NCBI GenBank assembly: GCA_973895155.1
Contig: OZ316898.1
Span: 8,419,079-8,483,078 of the forward strand
DNA: 64,000 nucleotides
Reading direction: 5' to 3'
Origin: Marsupella aquatica
Lineage: Eukaryota; Plantae; Marchantiophyta
Shown one piece after another: positions 38,885 to 50,867 of this stretch; the stretch's first letter is position 1; every line of letters begins with the position of its first letter. Under the pieces are notes generated by a model. The model searched no databases and had not been told where the DNA came from. It saw only the letters and a list, made by a program, of their open reading frames with translations. The position numbers were made by a program, and so were the translations under genes.

Positions 38885-39595
38885 TTGAATCCAGTCGACC
38901 TTTACGAGGAAATTATCGAGGGAGAAGAGCGGAATGTGGCGAGATTCAGTCAGGACGAGCGAGGCCTCCGCAAAAAAGGACCAGCCAGGTGGGAACGTGG
39001 ACGCAACGAACCGGACTACGAGGTTAGTATGACCCTCACAGCCTTGGGATTTTGGACCTTGTTTGGCGAGGTAGGTGCTAAGTTCTCCGAGACTTACTGG
39101 TACTCTTGCCCCGAGAAAGCCGCTTACGAACGAAGGTACGCGAAGCTGGTAACCAAGGTAGCACTGGTTAATTGCGAAAGGACAGCCATCACCAGGGATT
39201 CTAGCTATAACGAGCTGCGAGACTACATCACCGAACTATATCTCAGCGAGGAAGGGCTTAGATCGGTAGCAGAGGCGATTCTTGAGGTTCCAGCTAAGTT
39301 CTTTAAGCTGAAGGGCAACCAGCGGCTTACTCAAGCGGAGTTCGACAAGATTCCGAGGAACCTAGACCAACAGATCGCAGCCGAAAAGCGCCAAGAAGAC
39401 ATCAGCAGACAACGGGAAGCGGCGCGTAATCTCACGTTCCTCGGGGAAAGCTCCAACGCCTTCAACTGGGATATGGCTACCCCAGCGCCTCAACCGATGA
39501 CCACCGGAGTACCGCCGAACCAGTCCCAAGTCCGTCCAGTAATCAACGCGGAGTGTTCTTCGGGTTCCGATCGAGCTAGTCCGCAACTCGAATAG
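38885..39595 (+). CDS. Element B ORF1, unknown function
   Basis: 236-aa open frame, homologous to element A ORF1. True start is uncertain. Confidence 0.6.
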   Translation: MNPVDLYEEIIEGEERNVARFSQDERGLRKKGPARWERGRNEPDYEVSMTLTALGFWTLFGEVGAKFSETYWYSCPEKAAYERRYAKLVTKVALVNCERTAITRDSSYNELRDYITELYLSEEGLRSVAEAILEVPAKFFKLKGNQRLTQAEFDKIPRNLDQQIAAEKRQEDISRQREAARNLTFLGESSNAFNWDMATPAPQPMTTGVPPNQSQVRPVINAECSSGSDRASPQLE

Positions 39596-39622
39596 TGTCC
39601 TCGTAAGCGGTCAAGGACTACG

Positions 39623-41332
39623 ATGGCCCCCAAATCAACATGGACCGACGCCGCACCTGCACCTGCCCCGGCAAACCCCCCGACCAACCAGACCCGACGG
39701 CCCCCGGATAACCCGAAGTCCAACTTATTACAGGTAATCCGCGTCCCCGAGGTAGTCTGGATCGCGATCAAGAAACTCGAACATGCGGACTATCTCAAGG
39801 AGCATCAGTTGGAGCGATTTGCCCACTTACTATGGAGGCCGTGCGCCGCCAGGCCGAAGGAGATTTGTGAGTTCATCTCCAATTTTGACACTGATGCGTC
39901 AACCACCAAGGTTTCGGGGCAGACCTTATCACTCACGGAGCATCGATTAACGCAAATTTTTGGCCTACCAACCGGGCCGGTGCCGGTGGAAATCCGAATT
40001 CGGGATAAGGAGTATACGACGCGGCACTTCAAACCCGAGGGTAAGACAGACAATGGATACAAGCAGGGGGCGTGCACCAACTTAACCTGTATGGAGCGGC
40101 TTAACTTCATACGGACTACCCTACACATGATTGAGCCACGATCCGAGATTTCCCTCTGCACGATCGTGCAGGTGGAACAGTACAAACGACAAAACTGGGC
40201 CCAATTCTTCTACCAAAGATTCTCGGGGGAGCTGAAGCGGGCTCAGGGTGGTATGGCTATTGGAGGGAAGACTTACTTGGGAAGTCATATCGCCATTATC
40301 CTCGCCTGGTACAAGGCACGGCGGGAGGCCAGAGGAAAGAATACGGCCACCTCAGCCCCGGGTAATGTCACCCCCGCCCCAGAGGAGGTAACCCCGACTA
40401 CGCGGACTACTGTCCCTCGGACAAACCCCGAGCCGAAAGCCCCGACTAATACTCCGCAACCGCCCCCTGTGGAAATTCCACCGCCTCCTTCCGTTGAGCC
40501 TCCGCTACCTGCAGTACAACCACCCCCAATCCCTCCACCACCTGAAGAAACCTTCCCCTCCCCAGCGCTGACTACGGAGGAGCTCATTGCCCCTGCCGAG
40601 GAACCACCGGTACCCGAGAGGATGGAGGACTACCAAGTAGCCCCGGGGACCATGGCCTACGACCTGGTCCAGAAGTTTAGCCAGACTATGTCTGGGGAGT
40701 TGGCGACATATATCGGACAATAAGTCTCGGCGTACTTTCAGCCAGCCTTCTTCATGTTAGAGCACCAACCACGGATCGTCAGCCGCTTGGAAGAAGAACT
40801 CATGGCGAAGGGGAATGAGATCGGGCGTCTCCAGATGCTGGTAGAGCACCTCGAGGAAGAGGCAACGACCCGCCGCGAGGATTTAGTCCGCAATGTCGAA
40901 CAGAGGGACGGACTAACCCAGGAGTTAAGCGGAGCGCAGACCGAACTCAAGAAGCTGGACAACATCGTGCTTCAATTACGCTCAGAATCTTTGGCTCGGG
41001 TTACCAGCCTGACCAACCTCAACAAACAATTCCTGCAGGCAGCACAGCAGGTGGCTAGTCTCTCCGCCGAATGAGATAAATTGCTAGCGCAGGACCAGGT
41101 CCATCACGACGCCATCGACCAGCTCAACTTGGAGGTGGCGCGGCTCCAGACTGAAGCCGATGAAGCTGCAAACGAGACGGAGGAAGCATTACGGGACAAC
41201 AAGGCTTTGCAGGACCGCGTCACCCTGCTCGTCCTCCAGCGGGGAAAACCTGGGCCCACCTCTGATCAAGGCAGCTCGAGGTCTCGCCCCGACAAGGGGA
41301 CCAGCCCTGGTCCAACCACTGCACACACGTAA
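39623..41332 (+). pseudogene. Element B ORF2: plant-transposon-type N-terminal domain, Pro-rich linker, coiled coil
   Basis: ORFs 39623-40723, 40754-41074 and 41081-41332 lie in one frame, split by TAA and TGA. Homologous to element A ORF2. Confidence 0.8.
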
Positions 41333-43546
41333 GGGGTAGTTAGCGAAGGGTAGAAGCAGGCGCCGCGCGAGGCGGTTAAGTCAGCAGCATCTTTTAGTTA
41401 GGCGTAACAATAGAATGACTGTCATTAGGCGCCGATTAGCGGCAGTAGGAAGAATTAGGGCCGGTCAGTTAGGATCAGCCAACGTAGGATTGAGTCCATC
41501 AACGGACTAGAGTTTGTCAGTAGGCTTGGCCGCTGCCATTCCGGTTGGCACACTCGTAGTCGACGGTCAACCGGTCAGTGCAGTGCGACCAGTAGTCAGC
41601 AGTTAGTTAGTCAGTAGGTAGTACCCCGGAAGGTAGTATCCTCCGGTTCTCTTCCGCTATGGTAGTATTTAGGCTTCCCCTTCCGCGATGGGAAGTGGGA
41701 GAATTCTTAGTTATCTCAGCAGAAGAAAGGCGAGGCACGGGGAGTCCCAGCCTGAGTAGGGTCAGAGCGTACCAAGGAGTGAGAGCCAGAGTCGAGCTTG
41801 CTGGGCAAGTGCGAGGCAGGGCCTCGTAGAGACTGGGCATCGACTACCGTTGGGCCTGCTGACCCCCTTTGAAGTCGAGTCAACCATGTAAACTGATGCT
41901 TCGCTGAGTAAATGTAGTCTTTTCCCCCTAATGTTTCTGAGAGTAACTGGTGTTGTGTGTATGCTTTGTCCGGGCAAAGGCGCCATTTTAAGGGACGTAC
42001 CGGGTGTGGACTAATGGTAGGGATTGCCACTCATTGCATGTCACAAGTTCCTGTCACGTCAATGGCTTGAAAAGCCCCAAGTCGGGAGTTAGTCCACGTC
42101 ACTAACTGAGGGAAAATTCCAGCGGTGGAAAATAAATATACCTATGTCAAGTACGAATTATGCGAGTGTTATACCAGTAAGTATAGCGGTTTAGCCCGAC
42201 TTAGGGCTAATGAAGGTCACTACACACCTCCTTGCCCGAACCCTCACCCCTACTGGTGGTCGAGGTCGCACCACGACACTAACCCGGATTTAAGGCCCAG
42301 GGTAGGGGTGCGACAGGGACTCATGGAACAATATGCTCTCGGAACAAAAATGGACATGTCTTGCAATATGTACATGCACATCAATAGTGACGGTGCATGA
42401 GTGCCAGGGAATCTTGCAATATAAATATATTGTAGAAAACCACATTCATTCAACATCTCTACCTCTCGATACATATTGGCTGGGCAACATAAAAAAACCC
42501 GGAGAAGCAGATTCATTCCGATGCAATGAACCTAGGGTTGGTAAATGCATATATATATATATTTATATATGTATATGGCACCATACTTACTGGTTTTAAG
42601 TGCCCAAACTGTACCATCTGCAGACCCTTTGAAGGTGTCATTAATGGCACCCAGTAAGGCGCCAGGAATGATGGATTACCATCATACAAGGCCTTCATGA
42701 ACTTACTTTCTTAATAACATGGACGCTCTCTGGTATTCCGCGACCAACGACCTCTCCACTGTACTGCCCCCTATACCTTACAGACTTATCAGCGTCTCTC
42801 ATTTGCAGTTCTACCAAGGTCACCTTGAATGCATACGCACGAAGTTCCACAAAAATCTCTGGGTATGATTGTCCATGTCCAATGGCAATCGCTTCATCTG
42901 CATCTGGTTCTACCTTCATATCTGCAAAATCAGTGGGCTCCTTTTTTCGGGCCGTAGGGATGGCACCTACAATGAAATTCAGTGCAAGTACTTGAGGTTA
43001 ATTCCAGGGTATTTCCAGGTTATTTCCAAGTTGCGAAAGATAGAACACAGTTCATTGCCACAATCAATGGCACTGCGCTAACTAATGAATGGGAATCTGT
43101 CAGTACGTACCTTCCTTGATTTTTGCATTTGCTTTCCTCCATTCATGCTTTCTGTTCTTGACGACCTCAAACAAGAAGCTTTTTGGCCAAGGCATCTCAT
43201 GTTTAGATCCGGTTTCTGGACACTCAAATTTGAGAGGTGAAAGTTCGTGCATTCTACTCTGAACATACAATCGACAATTCTCTTTTGTCTTTGTGTCAGA
43301 CTTGAAATCTGCACTGAGGTATTCGTATATCTCCTTGTCGGCGGCGAAATTCGCAAACCAATTCCTCACCGTTCTGTAATTTGCCTTGTGAGCTTGGTGC
43401 GCTTCTACATGCTTAGAAGCCAGAATGGACCGTCCTCCAGATTTGTTGGTCACATTGAAGATGTCCTCTGCCGAAGGATAGAACTGTGCACAGCAGCGTC
43501 GAAACACACATCAGCGTGTATTCAATCAAACAAAGAAACTACCATT

Positions 43547-45345
43547 GTGCACTGCATTAGAAACATGATTTCGGACCGACCGAGAAGTGTGTCGGAGTTC
43601 TCGTTTAGTCCGATCCCGTTTTTTTTCTAAGGCAATGCAATGACCGATAAAACTGGCAAAAACTCTCTGAAACGCCACTTTCCTCCATTGCATCGCCGCG
43701 GGAATGCAGGGAGCAATACGTGCATCGGGTTTTACATTCCGTCAGTGAAAAAGTCCGAATTGCGAGTAACTTGGTCCAAACCGCGTAATCCAGGAACGAC
43801 CACGCACTAACCTAGGTAAAGGGGAAACTTAACCATGGTTAAGGGGAAATTAACCATGGTTTAGAGCGTCTCCTATATAAAGAGGATCGGGCTGCCCATA
43901 AAATGTTTGCTTTTGCCAGAGCAAATATCTCCTGATTGAGAGCGAATACCAAACTCCCATCGAGTCTTACATTCCTCCCAAGCGATTCGACTCTTTCTAC
44001 CGAAAACCCGATATATTTATCGGAACAGCCATTCCTGTTCAAGTTCTCCATGTAAGACTAACTAGTCATTTAGTGTAAAATATCCAGATCCGAGCGGACT
44101 ACGATATATTTATCGCATTCTGCATTCCTCTGTTGCAATCATTTGATCCAGTGTTTAGAGAGGTGTTGCCTTCATTCCGATAAATTTATCGGAGTCTTCA
44201 TTCCTTTCATGGAAAGAGGAGTAATTGAGAATCCGATAAATTTATCGAAGTTATCATTTTTGTGAAAGATTGAATTCAGGGCTTAGGTGTTTGAGGAAGT
44301 CATATTTTCAATTCGAATGCGGAGTGCGATAAACTTATCGCATCCTCCTGTGCAAAAAACTTATTGGCGGTGGCCCTTTTATAGTGTGTGTTGAGGGGTT
44401 GGCCCACGTGTCCACTTTTGATTGACTATCACCCTAAACGACAAAATAGCAAAAAAAGGTATATTTCTTGGATTTCCAATTTCATTCTCACACGTGCATC
44501 ATGGCAAAATTATATAGTTTTGAAATTGAAGCGATAAATTTATCTGATGTTGGTATTGCAAAAGTGGTTCCTTCATATGGAAGTTGCAATTTGAAATTGA
44601 AGCGATAAATTTATCTGATGTTGGTATTGCAAAAGTGGTTCCTTCATATGGAAGTTGCAATTTTGAAATTGAAGCAATAAATTTATCTGATGTTGGTATT
44701 GCGAAGAGTTTTCTTCATATGGATAGGAATTTTGAAATTTAACCGATCAACCGAAGGATCTTAGTATTATCGACTAGTATTTTTGTCGCCCGTAGTTTTC
44801 ACAATAATTTTATCGGACTGCGCATTGCTATTGAAAGAATGGCATGTTGACTATGGTCACTTGCGGAGGTACTGGTCAATTGTGGAGGTAACTGCAAGGT
44901 AAGTTTGACGAACCGTGCAGTAATTCTTATCGACTGTGATGTAAAATATTTTTGGTAAATATCCAAAAACTGAGAAAACTGAGATTGGGTCGGAGCTTTC
45001 ATGGCTCAAATCCGGAGTCCGATACAGTTATCGCACTTGGCTTGAAATGTGGATATGGATTTATAGATAAGACCTTTCATATATCTTCGGAGAGCGTGAA
45101 TATGAGGTTGAAGAGAAAGTTTTTCGGATCTAATTGTTCCTTGATAATATGAATGTTTGTTAGCATTAATTTCATTGGTTTTGATCATTATTAAATTTGT
45201 TGTTTCAATCCGAACTCCGATACGAATTATATTATTTCCCCAAAAACGTGTTTTTGATGAAAAAAACTGCCAATTTTGCGAGATTCGGCGGAAAATGAAA
45301 ATAGTTCTCGTTCGGTCCAAAATTGTGTTTAAATGCCTTCGCGTG
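43547..45345. mobile_element. Non-autonomous TIR element (~1.8 kb, CACTA-like) with palindromic CGATAAATTTATCG repeats
   Basis: Imperfect ~33-bp TIRs (GCATTAGAAACATGATTTCGGACCGACCGAGAA vs GCATTTAAACACAATTTTGGACCGAACGAGAA). About 10 CGATA.ATTTATC motifs and a 70-bp x3 tandem (44517-44730). 3-bp TSD is ATT or GTG, so exact ends are ambiguous; removal rejoins a minus-strand frame MARTSSDN..GSFFV. Confidence 0.7.
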
Positions 45346-45391
45346 ATTATCAGAAGAGGTCCTTGCCATGGTCGCAATGGATTTCAATAGG

Positions 45392-45865
45392 CTAATTTAA
45401 TATCACGGGAGACAAACAACTTACTTGATGATGCTTGGTAGAACCAATCATAGACGTCTCTCTCTCCAGCGCATCATGAGTGCGGGTATTTTCAGCAGGC
45501 CTGATAGACTTGTGCTCTTCTTCACCAGAGCTCTCCTTTCGATTCGTATCACGTTCAGATAGTGTCTTCATTGGCGGCAACGGTGGTGGCTGCAGCGGTG
45601 ATGGCTGTAGCTGTGATGGCTGTGTGACTCTGGTATTGCTGCTCCCGTTGCATTCATTCACCCATCTCCTCAACTTCTTCCTGTGCACCCATGTCTTCAT
45701 CCCCACACTGTCAAAGAAAAGTTGCCAATCATCCCCATCCATACAGAAGAAGCTTTCCCCAGTAAGATCCAACTCCTCAATTTTGGGAGTGTACATTGTC
45801 GATTCTAAACATCGATCAATGTTTTCACACAATTCCTTACACGTAAGCCTACTCCATTCATGCAT
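45392..45865 (-). CDS. SAM (sterile alpha motif)-like domain exon; cargo gene
   Basis: W..LT..EL...I...L....Y...IEELDLTGESFF.M...DW......GM....HRKKL fits the SAM pattern. Followed by a Pro/Gln linker and a GTAAGT donor at ~45424. Confidence 0.55.
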   Translation of the reverse strand: MHEWSRLTCKELCENIDRCLESTMYTPKIEELDLTGESFFCMDGDDWQLFFDSVGMKTWVHRKKLRRWVNECNGSSNTRVTQPSQLQPSPLQPPPLPPMKTLSERDTNRKESSGEEEHKSIRPAENTRTHDALERETSMIGSTKHHQVSCLSPVILN

Positions 45866-47072
45866 TGCAACTTTGTTTCAATCAACGTCGATCAAGTGTA
45901 GGAAACTCTGAAGATCGACTTCACTCTGAAGATCGACTCCACTCCAGGCGTACTCGTAGCAGAAATAGTGAAATACAGAGGGGGACTTAATATGAAAAGG
46001 GAGTATTACACCAAGCGCACTCACTGCCTCTCTCGTTCATCGTTCGTTTGAATCGCCCGCCCGCGCGTGTTGAAGGTAAAGGCTGCGGGTTCATCGTCCG
46101 TTTGAATCGCCCGCTCGCTCGTGTTCAAGGTAAAGGCTGCAAGGCAAGTAGTGCATGCGTTGCCCGCCTCAAAGCTAGTCCTCGTCAGTTTTGAACTGAC
46201 CGCCCTGGTCCAAATTAATAATGTCACTCTTCAAAATGCGATATATCCGCAATCCATTGCGTCAACTGCATCGCTGATTTTGTTTCTATCTAGCCGATTT
46301 AGGCCGGGGATTTAGGAGTTGCGGTCATGATTATACAGCTGGGAAATTTTCCCTCACTCTACTATTCTAGGCCTAACTCAAAAGTCCATGCAGTTTGGAT
46401 TACTATGACAAGTTAGGACAAGATACAAACTATTCCCATGGAGACTAGCGTAGCCTGCGCTTTGGGAAAGTAAAGCCGCCAACTACGATGACCTTCTGAT
46501 CAATCAGAAGCCTATGTGGCAAATACCCTACATAGGATACCAAGAAGATAAGGCTGGCCTTAGTTTCCCTCCAGTTTCAGAGGGATCGTTTCCGCGGGAA
46601 CGATTCCAAAGGTACTAAAGAGTGGAGGTCATTGACCGTAGCTCACACCTCCCACTCTAAGTGTTCGATCCTCCTCTGTGCAAGCTCAGACAACTTCAGA
46701 ATAAGTTTTACACGTTTGCGCCCGATAACATCATCCAAAACGTGGAAGTCCACAGGCCACCTGCGGATCTTCGTACTACATGGGAGAATTCTCTGTCAAA
46801 TCCCATGCCACCTTGTGCGATATCCTGTAATGTGTTTTGGATTTGGTAGAATTTATTGGCAGCACTCGGAGTCAATTCTTTTGATTGCAATAGTTTTTGC
46901 TTATGATTTGAGTTTGAAATGTGCTTGCAGGTCAAATACAGGGTTCTCGTATACTTCAAAGCGAAAGCAAATCTTACCTAACCCTTTACCACCCACTTCT
47001 TCCTTAGCCCGGGCTTACTAGTAAATATATCCTACAGTACCATTTACGCATCCTTGAAACTCGTCATCGATT

Positions 47073-48130
47073 TCACCGATCCCAAGGCTGGCCAGCCACC
47101 CCCTGTACACCGATCCTTAGAAACCAACTAAACCATATATCTTCTTTGTGTCCGGTGCGCTCTGATCGATGGAACAGGTATGAATCTGGATGTTCAATGA
47201 TACAGACTCCGCGATCTATTTTCATGCAACATGCATCATTAATTATATATGGTATGTGGAATGTTTTGCAGGCTACGCAAGTCATATGAAACAGGTAGAG
47301 CATTAATATCAGAGGAAGTGAAGAAGCTGATGTGACATAGTTTGTTCTGCCGGTGCGAGGTATGTGCGAGGTATGTGAGGAGTATGTTTGGGGTATTTGT
47401 GGTTATGCTCGTTCCAACACTAATGTTACAAGGTTAGTATGAGAATGAACTCGGATATTTAGAATAGACCACACTTTTTGAGTCTTTGAGATTACAGTTG
47501 AAGCAATATACATCATGAGCGCCATGCTGACAAAGGTGTTGTGGCATCGTCCGAGGCCGATGCCTGTTTTGTGGCAACCGCCTGGGTTGCCTTGACAGGT
47601 AACCAGGTTGCCAGTATGCTGTCCACCCCCCCTTGCCAACCGGTATGCAGTGGTAAGTTGTCGCAAAAGATAATTTTATGACCTATTTTACGCATATGGA
47701 AGTTGTCGTCTATTTTTTCATGATTACTTACTTCTTCATTGAGTTGCAGGCGTTGCCCCGGCCTTCAAAGTGCGAACTCCATTATTCATTTACATACATT
47801 ACCCATCAATTCTCCATAAATATAATGAACACCTACTGGAACAAGAACACATCTACCATAAATGTATTGTTTGGGGTCACGTTGTTTTTATGGTTGTCTG
47901 TATGCTTGTGTTTTTTTTCCCTTCCTGGTCGTTGGGATCGATGGAGCCGCGGATCCGCCCAATGAGTTTCAGGTGTTTCTCTGTTTTTTTGGTCTGTTGA
48001 TGTCCGAAGATTGGGGAGGGGCCCTTACCCAATTCTTCGTGAACTATGATGACCCACTACATGATGTCGCTGCAATCCGCAAAAGCGCTATAGTGGCTGA
48101 GTTCTACTTGCTGTCCTGTATCAGAGTTTG
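47073..48130 (-). pseudogene. Degraded multi-exon cargo gene, unknown function
   Basis: Exon-like frames at 47073-47250, 47430-47690 and 47840-48120 with scattered stops, separated by AT-rich/GGTAT-motif segments. Confidence 0.3.
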
Positions 48131-48530
48131 AAGTTGGAAGTTTTCCTTGAGAAATTGCGCACAAATTGCAAAATGAAAAATTGCCGAGACCCATTCATCG
48201 ATTAAACACTAGCCGAGACCCATTCATCAATTAAACACCAACCGATTAACACCCAATTACTTTCTGGTATGTTTTAACACACGCATCGTGGACATCACAA
48301 CCTTCATTTAACAGATGCAGGTCCGAGCCCCCCTTTATTGCACATTGAAAATAAGTCAACCATTCACATACATACATTCTGGTCCCACTTGCCCCACAAA
48401 CCAAGCATACACGTTATGCCATATCAAACCAAAATGGCAGGTCATTGCATGGCCTGTAGGAACCTTACAAACTAAAAGACTCCTGCCCAAAATGCCAAAC
48501 CGTCGTACGTTGTGCTTGCATCTGGTCACA

Positions 48531-49220
48531 TCAGATATGAGTTGCATCCAAACTATCAAGCAGGTCCTGCAATCTACATCTAACAGAACTAAGCTGCGAC
48601 GCCGTGGCCGGGTCTGAAGCATTAATAGATGATCTTGAAGATTCTGATGTATGCCTCCCTCGTGCAGTATGATAACTTGAAGGTACACTGTCTGTCTTCA
48701 GCTTCGTCTTCTGTGGAGTGACAAAAGTAGGCACCACAGAATGCAAGATCTCATAGTCGTCATCGCTTACAGGTGACAAGGAATTAATAATGGCCTCACC
48801 GTCTTTGCAGCGGATCACTACGTCCACACATTCCATCTTTGCTGTAGCTCTATGGATAGTGGCAAACTGGACAAAGTCTTCCTTCTCGCTAAAATCCTGC
48901 GGAGGCATCCCTATGAGATCAGTCGCTGCATCAAAAATCTTAGCTCGCACTGGAGGGAAGGGTGGCCCGATAGTAGAGTCAACCAGGAACACCTCAAAAC
49001 GATACCTTTCTGTCCAGGTCCCAGCAGCAACCGAATTATGGGGACATCGACTTGACCCTTCAACAGTGCGATTACACATCCACCCAGGTGTCACAAAGCG
49101 AGTGCATCCATGGTATAGAAACTTCCGCGGAAAATCGATTGGAGCATCAAAATTGACCACAAAACCCTCATCGATGGGAAGGTCCTCGTTTCTCCAGCAT
49201 TGCAGCAGCCAACGACATTT
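48531..49220 (-). CDS. RPA70 C-terminal-like OB fold with zinc ribbon; upstream region hit by a MITE
   Basis: FLYHGC...C.RTV....RCPH...RYRFEVFLVDST...AKIFDAATDLIGM resembles the RPA1 DBD-C pattern Y.AC..C.KKV...C..C...RY.L...I.D.TG...F...A..LLG. Confidence 0.65.
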   Translation of the reverse strand, partial: KCRWLLQCWRNEDLPIDEGFVVNFDAPIDFPRKFLYHGCTRFVTPGWMCNRTVEGSSRCPHNSVAAGTWTERYRFEVFLVDSTIGPPFPPVRAKIFDAATDLIGMPPQDFSEKEDFVQFATIHRATAKMECVDVVIRCKDGEAIINSLSPVSDDDYEILHSVVPTFVTPQKTKLKTDSVPSSYHTARGRHTSESSRSSINASDPATASQLSSVRCRLQDLLDSLDATHI

Positions 49221-49313
49221 TTAAGTGTGGCCATGTCTCTGAAAAGAGCCGCCCAGCAGAAATCCAAACAATAGTGGCGAAGGGCAGGCACTCAGCCGGG
49301 CGCAAGCACTACT

Positions 49314-49951
49314 GGCCTCATTCACAATTGGAGGACCCAAAAGGAACGTCACACTCAAAAGTGACCATAGTTTATTATGCTTTAGTATATCATTTTTAGG
49401 GTGTAATGAGATGATATAGAAAATTTGATGTACTATACTTAACAAACATCCTATAGGTTGGTAACATTCATTAAACTATCTAGCATTTGAGACTTTGAAG
49501 CTTTCTTTATATGTCCTTCAAAGATTGATAAAAGGACTTGTCACGCAGCGGGTCACATCATTTCAAGACTCAAAAGGACTCTAAAAAATGCATTTTAGAC
49601 AACAAAATTTTACCAAAGCATGCATACTAATAGCATAATCTTATATTTCAAAACTTAAATAGTGACACACACTAAACCTTTATGTACAGGACAAAAATAA
49701 TCAATAATTTTGGCCTATTTAGGGCCATCAATAACAGGATCCCTTAAAACATTTGAAAACTTGATGTATCTACATGGTGAGGTAGGTTACACCATGTAAA
49801 ATAGTCTTGTGAAAAAATTAGACTTAAATGTCTTGAGATAAAATCATGATGAACCTTTTTCCATGTTACGAAAGTCATTTTTCACTAAAAAAGCATGTTT
49901 TTGAGTCCTGAAAGTGGTTCCTGCGAGGTACACCCAATTGTGAATGAGGCC
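49314..49951. mobile_element. 638-bp MITE, 18-bp perfect TIRs, 4-bp TSD TACT (non-autonomous Sola-like)
   Basis: GGCCTCATTCACAATTGG at both ends; TACT at 49310-13 and 49952-55. Right end matches the terminus at 11281-11305. Confidence 0.93.
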
Positions 49952-50867
49952 TACTCAGGAAGGGACTAATACCGATCTGCAATGGTTGCGAATCAAATGA
50001 CAAGCCGGACTGCAGAACACTCGACAAATTGTGCAGAGTTGTCACTAGATAAGTGCATTATCGTGGGGCGCAAAGTGAATGCAAGTAGAGGATCCAGAAG
50101 GGAGACCCGGAGTTTAGGGCCGAGTTTTGGGAGACGTTGATTTTACGGGGACGTTGACTTTATGGAAGCAGAGCTTTGGGAGACGTTCATTTTAGAGAGA
50201 CGCGGAGTTTTTCTCTTGGGAGACATGGCGGACACTTCGTGTACTTGGGCACGTTTTAATGGAGTAAATATGCGGCAAAATAAATCAAATAAAACAAGAC
50301 TTTGTCTCCTTCCGTTCTAAATTTCTCACCCTTCCCCTGACATAAATCTGAGTTTTCATTTTCTGAAGGCATTGGCTGAACTTGTGGGAGCTTTCCTTAC
50401 ATACATTGAATCTTATAGAGGTTGCTATATGGCTGAACTTGTGATGAGGGGCCTAAAACAGGGCCCATAATAATGCCTACAATACTTTGTCAGTGCCATG
50501 TGCCACATGTTTCAAATGTTGGATCTAGGCCCTTATATTGCCAGTTATATGGACCATTGGCACACTTTATGTCACATCATGATGACTTATAAGGGGAGAG
50601 TTTTTAACACATTTTCCTGCTTTTAAGGTGAAGTTATAAGGGTTTTTGAAGAGGAGGGACACAAAAGCATTGGGTGAGGCAGGGGTCATTTTGCTTTTTA
50701 AAACTCTATTTTCTTTTCTTTAGGGGGGGGGGGGGGGGGGGGGTCATCACGCACTTAGTATATATTATTACATAAATATGAGAAACATTAAAATAAGATT
50801 GGAAATGATTATCATTTCCTTGCCAAGTCCTGTGAAACGCGACCAAACATACAGCTAGGCAGGCGTA

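Larger units (their letters stand above)
38478..42315 (+). mobile_element. 3.84-kb TG...CA element with 5-bp TSD (coding solo-LTR-like), copy B
   Basis: Starts TGTGACA and ends GCGACA; TSD GGGAC (38473-77, 42316-20). Same two-ORF layout as element A. Confidence 0.9.
36831..43546 (-). pseudogene. Multi-exon cargo gene of unknown function, interrupted by element B in an intron
   Basis: Exon-like ORF segments with GT/AG borders at ~43110-43546, 42705-42922, 42590-42618, 37980-38439 (acidic, 66-bp internal duplication), 37480-37665 and 36905-37150. Confidence 0.5.

Noticed and set aside
46655-46685. GTTCGATCC B-box / tRNA-like 3' end
   Set aside because: No acceptor-stem partner, A-box or cloverleaf found, so it is not called a tRNA or SINE.
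46380-47021. Group I intron or RNase MRP-like motifs (GAGACTA; AAAGTCC...GGGCTTACT)
   Set aside because: Only short partial matches, with wrong spacing and missing partner elements.
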